64,000 nucleotides of DNA, taken from positions 1,696,001-1,760,000 of the forward strand of contig OY782781.1 of assembly GCA_963678315.1 (NCBI GenBank). The letters are read 5' to 3'. The number at the start of each line of letters is the position of its first letter. Positions within the stretch are counted from its first letter, which is position 1. Under the pieces are notes generated by a model. The model ran no database searches, was not told where the DNA came from, and worked only from the letters and a program-made list of their open reading frames with translations. This document shows, piece by piece, positions 19,501 through 27,468 of the stretch. The stretch is from Candidatus Cloacimonadales bacterium (lineage in GTDB: Bacteria > Cloacimonadota > Cloacimonadia > Cloacimonadales > JAFGVF01). The translations under genes and the position numbers were made by a program.

Positions 19501-20306
19501 GTGTGTTTGTTTATGTCTTAACTGATGAGATGATAGGGCTACAATTTAATCCTAACCACCAAGAAAACTTTAACATAACTGAAGAATCAGGTCAATATGC
19601 TAGTCTAGAATTTTCCACTATTACTGGAGCAAAAGATCAAATTACTATTGGAGTTTCTGGTAATCAGTTTGGGCAGTTTGATACATTCAATCAACTTGTT
19701 AAACCGCCCTCAAGACCAATAAGTGGTTTAAATGAAGTATGTCTGTTAGACTTGAATGATGAGAGTATTAAGCTGCAAAAGCAACTTCTTCCACAGGAAC
19801 TTGATGGAGAATATTCTTGGAATTATGCTTTTACTAATAGTCAAGATGCCAATGTTCAGGTTAAGATAGTAGACCATAATCTTAATTCAAATTCTAGTGT
19901 AGAATTAGCTCTTAATGGACAGATCTATAATATTACTGAAAACCCAATAACTATTGATTGTAATAATACTCCTGGTAACTACCAAGGATGCTTGTATCTC
20001 GATTCTCCTACTTCAAATTCTCATGATAGTGAAGCTGTAACTGGTGTTTTATCAGTTTACCCAAATCCATCATCCAAAAAGTTTAACATTGAGGTTGTAA
20101 GCTCTAAATCAAATTACCAAGTATCTATCTATAACATCAAAGGACAAAGAGTTAAAAAGTTCAATGTGAGGGATAATAAATCATCAAGAAATACTCTTAC
20201 TTGGGGAAAAGATAACTCATTAAATAACATCGCTTCAGGAATTTACTTTGTTAAATATTCTGATAAAGATACAAGTGATATAAGGAAGATCTGTTTGATT
20301 AAGTAG
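16509..20306 (+). CDS. Large secreted multidomain protein (FN3-like domains, C-terminal T9SS-type-A/FlgD-like sorting domain)
   Basis: Signal peptide; PPAVTNL..LSW..YYFAI FN3 pattern; C-terminal VYPNP..IYNIKGQRVK..SGIYFVK..RKICLIK; AGGAGG RBS. Confidence 0.85.
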   Translation: MKKIALTFLLIVIVVEVFCISHEEGDLVEFFFGEENNCEYDNWVSHVSEKQNFNSQNTYAPFDVQTNGFGQFTMASSQQLTSWQSAVDLFFNEEYELAQETLIASNIPYKVVGFIYNDQEYMMLREDINLQYNDDNNTDDESDDELGAFDFGWGIFIYNPASGSPAMVSVPHPNDSFVGTYLSVQAFLDCNCKYLMINGTGRELNTNQCDPTRNSNHPYVYFYEKAANQIRLTQERHEIALQFESYDWDKHEAMASVQLSGKIESPLGLPVRDWSSSHNDVIQNTDYIVFEEDYFGNNSLVNLNEYYGLYEKYSIPTIYHDSLFTSGPIDIVGYTGSSLTEVNIQDYNYWSSYSPFIHIAVDEFPNCFEQTEENYFWFYGYNNMDNTWDWENRYSNCVEYYHPFMTALNEALNCFTQMEDGDNLPPAVTNLNSENTFNGVKLSWQGQTPYDFDSYLLYVSETPISNGNYTVYDSSEENGLYQLGFPGTKNVLIEDLNVGTDYYFAIAQRDVYGNVSEISNESNSTTLQASFNRFRTIVKQDTIVVEAFIEESTNCSLFRLYRKEEGQEYQELYSGNYINRYYDSDIENDLVYSYKVCAISNLNELIQVSPELTASCPTYHKLQLSGGNLLTDFTFGKSSCATDGYDLGYDQNYDTMNSFELYSEIDYLQVANGQVEREVIGEFDSNETYHKFDLHLYAPYIGTSDLVFSMSSDDLANTTDKFYISYNNELYNLREGDIQLSVETTNHAFELYWGNLPANVSFANDSGIISGRGISDSIEWTSQFPELVDSYSVYFKNEQDSILVADNLSSDISSIDWEYQGNETIRSINCYVMVHTLQGQDIVFKNNHSSLLLGNLDNIILDNEESSNWLVSYPFSQAQNINEISNLDQVYSFNNGEYLQQDNIINNEGYLAVINGSVEISILGECLVDENTIFLNQGWNLIANPHPIEYNVSDLLFYYGNTFRSPSYVITQEAISPYFMGIRNDSYSEIRTIKSYESVFVYVLTDEMIGLQFNPNHQENFNITEESGQYASLEFSTITGAKDQITIGVSGNQFGQFDTFNQLVKPPSRPISGLNEVCLLDLNDESIKLQKQLLPQELDGEYSWNYAFTNSQDANVQVKIVDHNLNSNSSVELALNGQIYNITENPITIDCNNTPGNYQGCLYLDSPTSNSHDSEAVTGVLSVYPNPSSKKFNIEVVSSKSNYQVSIYNIKGQRVKKFNVRDNKSSRNTLTWGKDNSLNNIASGIYFVKYSDKDTSDIRKICLIK

Positions 20307-20319
20307 TAATCGTTTCTAT

Positions 20320-21498
20320 GGGTTGCAGTCAGCTTGACTGCGAAAGTATTTAACTGGGATTGTAGTGTAGCCATAAGTCTGAGTCTCACACGGTCCCAGT
20401 TTGTCCATAAAACCCCAACGGGGTAAATTATCCAAAGCCCATGATTTCAATCATGGGTAGCAATAGCCCCCAATATTACTAGTCCTAGAGGGACTTCTTT
20501 ATCATATATATAACTACCCAACATCAGAAAAGTACTTTCAGCACTATCTCAACAATTATATGCTCTTACCTAGCTTTAAAAAGCTAGGCTTTGGACAATT
20601 AATCCTTTCAGGATAACATCTGAAACCCTTGCCTTTAGTCCGGCTGAGTTTCACACGGTCCCAGTTTGTCTATAATACCCCAACGGGGTAAATTATCCAA
20701 AGCCCATGATTTCAATCATGGGTAGCAATAGACCCCAATATTACTAGTCCTAGAGGGACTTCTTTATCATATATTTAGCTAGCCAACATCAGAAAAGTAC
20801 TTTCAGCACTATCTTACAATTATATGCTCCTACCTAGCTTTAAAAAGCTAGGCTTTGGACAATTAATCCTTTCAGGATAACATCTGAAACTCTTGCCTGT
20901 AGTCCGGCTGAGTTTCACACGGTCCTAGTTTGTCCATAATACCCCAACGGGGTAAATTATCCAAAGCCCATGATTTCAATCATGGGTAGCAACAGATCCC
21001 AATATTACTAGTCCTAGAGGGACTTCTTTATCATATATATAACTAGCCAACATCAGAAAAGTACTTTCAGCACTATCTAACAATTATCCCAGATGATGCA
21101 TTAGGTTTGACGAAAATAGTGGAGATTATTTCAGCAAAATAGCTTCCAGAATCGAAGCTTGAATAATATATATTCTAGTTGAGATTATGGAAGTTATTCT
21201 TGCCAAATAATATAGTGCTATTTTTCAAGTCCTAGTGCATTATTTGGGATTATATGCTCTTACCTAGCTTTAAAAAGCTAGGCTTTGGACAATTAATCCT
21301 TTTAGGATAACATCTGAAACTCTTGCCTTTGGTCCAGCTGCATGCAAGCATGATTGAAGATGCGCATTCAGAAAGGACTGTGATCTGCGAAGACGATTGA
21401 ATGCACTCCTACAAAAAAGGATTGCAAGCATCCCTGGCTACGAAAAGATTTGAGTAAGCATGAACAAATTTCAGCCTATCGGCGGATGCTTACACTCC
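20320..21498 (+). repeat. Repeat cluster: three 264-265-bp units plus flanking REP modules
   Basis: CACACGGTCC unit starts at 20387, 20652 and 20916; the third unit carries a MITE; the tail matches part of the 281-bp unit. Confidence 0.92.
21088..21248. mobile_element. 161-bp MITE, copy 2, inside a repeat unit
   Basis: TIRs CCCAGATGATGCATTAGG / CCTAGTGCATTATTTGGG; ATTAT duplicated relative to the empty sister units (ACAATTATATGCTC). Confidence 0.92.
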
Positions 21499-21568
21499 AA
21501 TAGTGGCAGCAAACAACCAAAACAATAGCAAATAGTTAACAACTATCAACCTTTTCATAAAAAAAGTA

Positions 21569-21597
21569 TTGACAACCTCCAGAAATAAAAATATAAA
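21569..21597 (+). promoter_or_regulatory. Sigma70 promoter
   Basis: TTGACA, 17-bp spacer, TATAAA; 60 bp upstream of the ATG at 21658. Confidence 0.65.
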
Positions 21598-21657
21598 CAA
21601 ATAAGGTTATATATTCGAGAGATAGGAAAATAAAATAAAAAAATACAGGAGGAAAAA

Positions 21658-24600
21658 ATGAAAAAATCTCTTTTAGTTTCATTTTTTTGTTTACTAACAC
21701 TTATGCTTTTTAGTGAAGCAGTTGAACTAGATATACATGAATTAGATTTTGGTCAAGTAACAGTTAATACATCTCTTACTCAAACAGTTATAATTACTTC
21801 TCAGATTAGTCAAAATATTACCTTAGATTATACTTTAGAAGATTTTGCATTCAATATAACACCAGCATTTTTTGAAATAGAGGCAGGACAAAGTCAAGCC
21901 ATCGAAATCACTTTTACTCCAGATGCTGAGAATAATTTTAGTAAATTTGTTATGGTCTCTGGTTCAGTTTATGGAAATGACCAATTAAATATAAGTGGCA
22001 CTGGTATTGTTGCTAATATTGATGTAGATTTAGAAAGTTACGATTTCGGTCCTGTAGCTATTAATACTGTAGATAGTACCCAAGTAACTGTCACTAACAG
22101 TGGATCAGGAAACCTTCTTGCTAGTATTAGCTCAGACAACCAAGCCTTTGATCTTTCAAAGACTAACTTAGACATTAGTCCAAACAATTCAGATTCCTTT
22201 TGGATAAGATTTTCTCCCCAATGGTTAGCTGAAGAGAATGCTACAATAACCATAGTTTCAAATGCCTTTAACAATCCAAACTATGAGATAGATCTAACAG
22301 GCTCAGGAAGGAGTGATATGTCGGGACAAGTTTCTGGAATCTGGTCACTTGCTAACAGCCCATATTATATCATAGAAAATACTATAGTGCCGGATGGACA
22401 AAGTCTAACTATTGAGCCAGGGGTAGAAGTTGTATTTGCTGGTCATTATGGATTTGTTATTGAAGGATCACTGATAGCTCAAGGCACTGTCACAGATTCT
22501 ATCTATTTTCATGGACAAGACAATGTTAAACAAGGTTTTATTGTTATAGATGATGCAGATAATGAGATTGAATTAAATTACTGTCAGTTTAGATATTTAT
22601 CAAATAATAGGTATTATTTCTCTGATGATTTTGAAGATTACAATTTCGCTGATAACTGGACAGGATCGGGATATTCATATGGCAGGACTAATAATGACCA
22701 TTATCAAGGACATTATGGAGCTCGTGTTTGGGCCTATGGTCAAGATACCTATATTATGTCCAGACCTATTACAGTCTTAAAATCGTGTGTTATATCCTAC
22801 TGGTTTAAGATTACCAGTTCTCATAATAGCTGTAACTCAAGGGTTGAGTTTCGGGTTAATGGTGGAGCATGGCAGAGATTGTATTATACTAATAATGGAA
22901 CAACTTACGGTTGGACCTACAAAGAGCATGATATTTCATCCTATGTTAACAATGGTGATGAAATACAATTAAGGTTCTATAGTAATGAATATTCCACAGA
23001 TTATTCTCATTATGATCAATCTATGTATATTGATGAAGTAAAAGTCTTTAGTACTTCAACAATTTTTGTTGAAGATTCAATTGTTGGCTTTTCAAATTCA
23101 ATTTTAGAACATTGTACTGGAAATGCAATTTTCTTTGAAGGAGAATCTAACTGCGATATCTCTAACACTTCGATTGTAAATAATGATGGAGATGTTTTAG
23201 TTTCTGCAGGCCCGGTAAATATCTTCAGTTCAAAAATATCTCATAACAATGGTAATGGAATATATGTTTCAAGCGATTTAACTATTACTAATACAATAGT
23301 ATCTAACAATAACGGCTATGGAATAAATTCTTCGAATGCATTAGATATTAACCATGCCGTAATAGCAAATAATTATGATAGGGGTATTTATTTAGATGGA
23401 AGCGATTTTTCTCTAATAACTAACTCAATAATTTACAATAATGATAATGATGAGCATAGACAAATTGATTTAGGGTCTGGTGCTACTTTGAATACTAGTT
23501 ATTCTTGTGTAGAATCTTATACGGAATATGGAATTTCAAATATTGGAAACTTTTATTGGGGTGAAGGTTGTATCGAGTCTTACCCTCAATTCATAGATTG
23601 CGATTATCATCTGTCTCCAAATTCACCATGTGTAGATGGTGGTTTTCCTTGGGAGCATGATGGCAATATGCCTTACGGTTTAGGCACAGTTGTCTCTGAT
23701 ATGGGGGCTTATGGTGGATCTAACAACACTTATTGGGGTGGAAATCCAATACCTGATGGGGCTCCTGTAATTGATAATATAGTAGATTTACCTAATGACC
23801 AGGGGGGATTAGTTGGAATACAGTTTAATGGTTCTATCTTTGATTATGAACATTCTGGCTATGATATAAGTCATTACTCATTTTGGAGGGAGATGAATAT
23901 TGATCCTAGAACTGATGAAGTTAGTAATTCTGATGCTAGGAGTAACAAATATGCACCACGAGTTCTAACAAGGGATGGTGAGTATTGGGAATATGTAGGT
24001 CAGGTGCAAGCGCAAGGTTTTGAAAACTATGGGTACTCTGCTGAGACACTAGCTGATTCAACAATTTATGGTGATTTTGCCTCTAGCTTTATTGTAATAG
24101 CTCATACTGAGGATGATGATATATACTTTACATCATCTCCTTTATCTGGATCTTCTATAGATAACTTAGCACCAGACCAACCAAGTAGAATCTTGGCTGA
24201 TGGTGCTTATGGTCAAATGACTTTTGAATGGACTCCTAGTCAATCTGAAGATTTGCATTACTATAAGCTTTACAGAGGAAATGAAGAAAACAACTGGGAT
24301 AGAAGTTATCAGGTTAATGATACAACATTTGTTGATCTTGAGGCTCAAGTAGATAATCAATACTACTATTGTTTGAAAGCTGTAGATATTCATGGTAATG
24401 AGAGTGATGGTCAGTCTCTTGCTATGGAGTTAAATTACTCAGCTTATGATTTGCATGAGGGAGCAAACTTACTTTCATTTAGGTTTATTGATGAAGATAG
24501 TAGTTTAGATAATATGTTAGCAGATTTAGGTTCTTCTATTGTTAAAGTAATTGGAGAGGGACAAGTTGCTATTAAGAATGATGATGGTCAATGGATTGGT

Positions 24601-25593
24601 TCATTAACAGAGCTTACTTATGATAAAGGTTACTGGTTAATTATGAATAATGAAGAAAGACTGGAACTCATGGGATCAAGAAATACTAGTAGTGCTAGCT
24701 ACAGTTTGCATGAGAATGCTAATCTAATATCTTATCCATACGCTTGGGGCAATGACCTTGCTTCAGCTCTTCCAGATGATGTTGAAGCTTGTATCTCAGC
24801 TATTATCGGAGAGGGACAGGCTTGTATGAGATTGGAAGATGGTAGATGGTTAGGCTCTTTAACCCATTTCGAGAAAGAAAAAGCTTATTGGGTAATTGCT
24901 AACCAAGATATTGAACTTGAGTTTAATATGCCTAGTGAAGATAGAAGAAGTAATCGTAATGATGCGGAATTACCACAAATGTTTACTTATAAGCAATCTG
25001 CTAATCAAGCTTTTTACTTAACTGGAATAGTAGAAATGAATGGTGTTGAGTTGACATTAGAAGATTATTTGCTTGTTTATAAAGATGATGTTGTTATTGG
25101 AGCTAGCAAATATATTGGTGAGCAAACTACCTTAGCTGCCATGGGTAACGATGGAAATGAGCTTACTTACAACTATGCTAATCAAGGTGATTTAGTCTCT
25201 ATTAAGATTTGGAAAGCTGAAACTAATCAACTCTATGATACTAATGTAAATATTGACTGGGCAAACAACACAATATCCAGAGTTGAAATTGCTTCTGTTA
25301 CAGAAAATGATGAAAACTTAATCCTTCCTGTTGTTGATTTTGTCGGACAAAACTATCCTAATCCATTTAATCCAGAGACTACTATTAACTTTGGAATTAA
25401 AAAGAATTCTCATGTAAAAGTTACAGTTTATAACATTAAGGGACAGAAGATAAAGACTATCTTAGACCAGAATATGAAAGCTGGTTATCATAATGTAGTT
25501 TTTGAAGCTGGAAAATATGCTTCAGGGCTATATTTATATAGAATAGAGACTCCTGACTTTAGTGAAACTAAATCAATGATTTTAATAAAATAG
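21658..25593 (+). CDS. Large secreted protein: Ig-like (ASH/choice-of-anchor-D-like) domains, beta-helix repeats, FN3, C-terminal T9SS-type-A/FlgD-like domain
   Basis: Signal peptide; LDFGQV..N.G.G.L Ig motifs; LTIEPGV..F.G; N..NN.G.GI repeats; C-terminal QNYPNPFNPETTI..YNIKGQ..SGLYLY..KSMILIK. Confidence 0.87.
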   Translation: MKKSLLVSFFCLLTLMLFSEAVELDIHELDFGQVTVNTSLTQTVIITSQISQNITLDYTLEDFAFNITPAFFEIEAGQSQAIEITFTPDAENNFSKFVMVSGSVYGNDQLNISGTGIVANIDVDLESYDFGPVAINTVDSTQVTVTNSGSGNLLASISSDNQAFDLSKTNLDISPNNSDSFWIRFSPQWLAEENATITIVSNAFNNPNYEIDLTGSGRSDMSGQVSGIWSLANSPYYIIENTIVPDGQSLTIEPGVEVVFAGHYGFVIEGSLIAQGTVTDSIYFHGQDNVKQGFIVIDDADNEIELNYCQFRYLSNNRYYFSDDFEDYNFADNWTGSGYSYGRTNNDHYQGHYGARVWAYGQDTYIMSRPITVLKSCVISYWFKITSSHNSCNSRVEFRVNGGAWQRLYYTNNGTTYGWTYKEHDISSYVNNGDEIQLRFYSNEYSTDYSHYDQSMYIDEVKVFSTSTIFVEDSIVGFSNSILEHCTGNAIFFEGESNCDISNTSIVNNDGDVLVSAGPVNIFSSKISHNNGNGIYVSSDLTITNTIVSNNNGYGINSSNALDINHAVIANNYDRGIYLDGSDFSLITNSIIYNNDNDEHRQIDLGSGATLNTSYSCVESYTEYGISNIGNFYWGEGCIESYPQFIDCDYHLSPNSPCVDGGFPWEHDGNMPYGLGTVVSDMGAYGGSNNTYWGGNPIPDGAPVIDNIVDLPNDQGGLVGIQFNGSIFDYEHSGYDISHYSFWREMNIDPRTDEVSNSDARSNKYAPRVLTRDGEYWEYVGQVQAQGFENYGYSAETLADSTIYGDFASSFIVIAHTEDDDIYFTSSPLSGSSIDNLAPDQPSRILADGAYGQMTFEWTPSQSEDLHYYKLYRGNEENNWDRSYQVNDTTFVDLEAQVDNQYYYCLKAVDIHGNESDGQSLAMELNYSAYDLHEGANLLSFRFIDEDSSLDNMLADLGSSIVKVIGEGQVAIKNDDGQWIGSLTELTYDKGYWLIMNNEERLELMGSRNTSSASYSLHENANLISYPYAWGNDLASALPDDVEACISAIIGEGQACMRLEDGRWLGSLTHFEKEKAYWVIANQDIELEFNMPSEDRRSNRNDAELPQMFTYKQSANQAFYLTGIVEMNGVELTLEDYLLVYKDDVVIGASKYIGEQTTLAAMGNDGNELTYNYANQGDLVSIKIWKAETNQLYDTNVNIDWANNTISRVEIASVTENDENLILPVVDFVGQNYPNPFNPETTINFGIKKNSHVKVTVYNIKGQKIKTILDQNMKAGYHNVVFEAGKYASGLYLYRIETPDFSETKSMILIK

Positions 25594-25646
25594 AACAAAG
25601 CAAGGTCATGCGATTGTGTAATCGTATGACCTTAAAGGATATAAAA

Positions 25647-27464
25647 ATGAAATATAGACTTTTATTACTATTATCGATAGCTTGTGTTCTATTAGTTGCT
25701 GAAACTCCGGCTAACTTTGTTTATAATCAATCTTCTCAACAGTGTTTCTATTTTATAGAGACTGCAAAGCTTGATGATCTTGTTCTTTCTGAGAACGATT
25801 GGATTGGAGCATTTAAAGATGGAACATGTGTTGGAAGTGCTCAATGGGTCGGAGAAAATACAACTATTCCACTAATGGGAGATGATGGCTTTGAATATTC
25901 TAGTGGTTATTGTCAAACTGGTGATATTCCTCAGTTTAAGGTATGGGACAGTGAGACAGATTGTTATTGGGATTGTAGTCAAACATCTGAACTAAATAGC
26001 TGGACTAATAATGGAACCTATCTTGTTTCTTACCTATATGCTTATAGTAGCAGTCCAATGATAGAAGTCTCTCAAGAGAATATCAATCTGGGAGAAATAG
26101 TTGTTGGACAATCAGCTTTAAAAGAAATCGTGATAACTAATTCTGGGGATGAATTGCTGATTGGTCAGCTTCAGGTAAGTGGAGATTTTTATATAAGCAG
26201 CGATAATGCTTCTTTCCAGATAGAATCTTCAGATTCGATAATAGTTAGCATTGCTATCTTGCCAGAAGAAGAAATTTTGTATCAGGGAAGCCTGCAAATA
26301 GCGAGTGATTCAGCAATAAATTCCTTGATTGAAATAGCTGTTTCAGCAAGTGGAATTATGGCTCATATATCTAGTGATATCAGACTTATGCAGTTTAACA
26401 ATGTTTGGAAAGATCATCAAGTTGCTAAGTCTTTAACTCTTCTCAATGATGGCTCTTCTGAATTAACTATTGATGGTTATTCTTTTTCAGATGATTGCTA
26501 TTCTATAGAAGACGGTCCTACAACAATCTTTCCAGGACAAAGTCAAGAATTAACAATCATATTCCAGCCTGATGATTTCAACCAACACAATGGAAGCTTG
26601 GATATATCAACAAATATAGGAAACTATTCTATTGATTTAGCCGGTAATGGTTATCTGTTAGATGCAGATTTTGTTACAGCTATAGATTCTATTGAAATTG
26701 GTAATCCCATGCAATTTATAAATAACAGCCAAGGTGATATTCTCAGTTACTCTTGGGATTTCGCGCAACTAGCTAGCTCAGATCAAGAAAATCCAGAATA
26801 TCTTTTTCCACAGATAGGAAGCTATCAGGTAGTCTTACAAGTCAGCGATGAATATTTCACAGATGAAATAAGTAAAGATATTCTAGTCTATGGAGTAGCA
26901 GAAGGGGAAACATCCACTCAAGAACTAGAATTTTCAAGCAATTATATAGGAGTAGTTTCTGATACGCTTAGATTAGCAATATATGCAAGAAGAACAGGTG
27001 ACTTGATAATTGATGAACTTTCTTTTAGAAATGATATTGGAGCATACTCAATTCCGAATATAAATCTACCAGTGTCTTTAGCTCCAAACGATAGTTTATG
27101 TCTTGATATCATATTTACACCAGTAGCTTCTGGTAATAATATAGACTTTCTAGATATGACAACTAATGCAGGTCAATTTTCTTGTTTCTTAGAAGGTCTC
27201 GGTTTGATTGCACCAGCTAAAGCAGTGACAGGAATAAATATATTACCTGTTGAGGGAAATGTTTATCTTGAATGGGAGCCAGTAGTTGAGACTATACTTG
27301 ATACACCAGTAACTATTAGTTATTATAAAATTGAAGCAAGTACAACGCCTAATGGACCTTATGTTTGGATTGGTATATCTCCAACAAACAGCTTTACTCA
27401 GTTTGGAGTAGCCAACTTTTCTAAAAGATATTTTTATAGAATAATTGCTGTATCAGAGGACTAG
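25647..27464 (+). CDS. Secreted protein with Ig-like and PKD domains and an FN3-like C-terminal module
   Basis: Start moved to ATG 25647 (AAGGA RBS, signal peptide MKYRLLLLLSIACV); repeated I.N.G...L domains; F.N.S.G....SWDF...ENP PKD pattern. Confidence 0.82.
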   Translation: MKYRLLLLLSIACVLLVAETPANFVYNQSSQQCFYFIETAKLDDLVLSENDWIGAFKDGTCVGSAQWVGENTTIPLMGDDGFEYSSGYCQTGDIPQFKVWDSETDCYWDCSQTSELNSWTNNGTYLVSYLYAYSSSPMIEVSQENINLGEIVVGQSALKEIVITNSGDELLIGQLQVSGDFYISSDNASFQIESSDSIIVSIAILPEEEILYQGSLQIASDSAINSLIEIAVSASGIMAHISSDIRLMQFNNVWKDHQVAKSLTLLNDGSSELTIDGYSFSDDCYSIEDGPTTIFPGQSQELTIIFQPDDFNQHNGSLDISTNIGNYSIDLAGNGYLLDADFVTAIDSIEIGNPMQFINNSQGDILSYSWDFAQLASSDQENPEYLFPQIGSYQVVLQVSDEYFTDEISKDILVYGVAEGETSTQELEFSSNYIGVVSDTLRLAIYARRTGDLIIDELSFRNDIGAYSIPNINLPVSLAPNDSLCLDIIFTPVASGNNIDFLDMTTNAGQFSCFLEGLGLIAPAKAVTGINILPVEGNVYLEWEPVVETILDTPVTISYYKIEASTTPNGPYVWIGISPTNSFTQFGVANFSKRYFYRIIAVSED

Positions 27465-27468
27465 TGGA

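Noticed and set aside
25608..25646. ORF-track N-terminal extension of the 618-aa protein
   Set aside because: Overlaps an intergenic hairpin; the RBS and signal peptide point to ATG 25647
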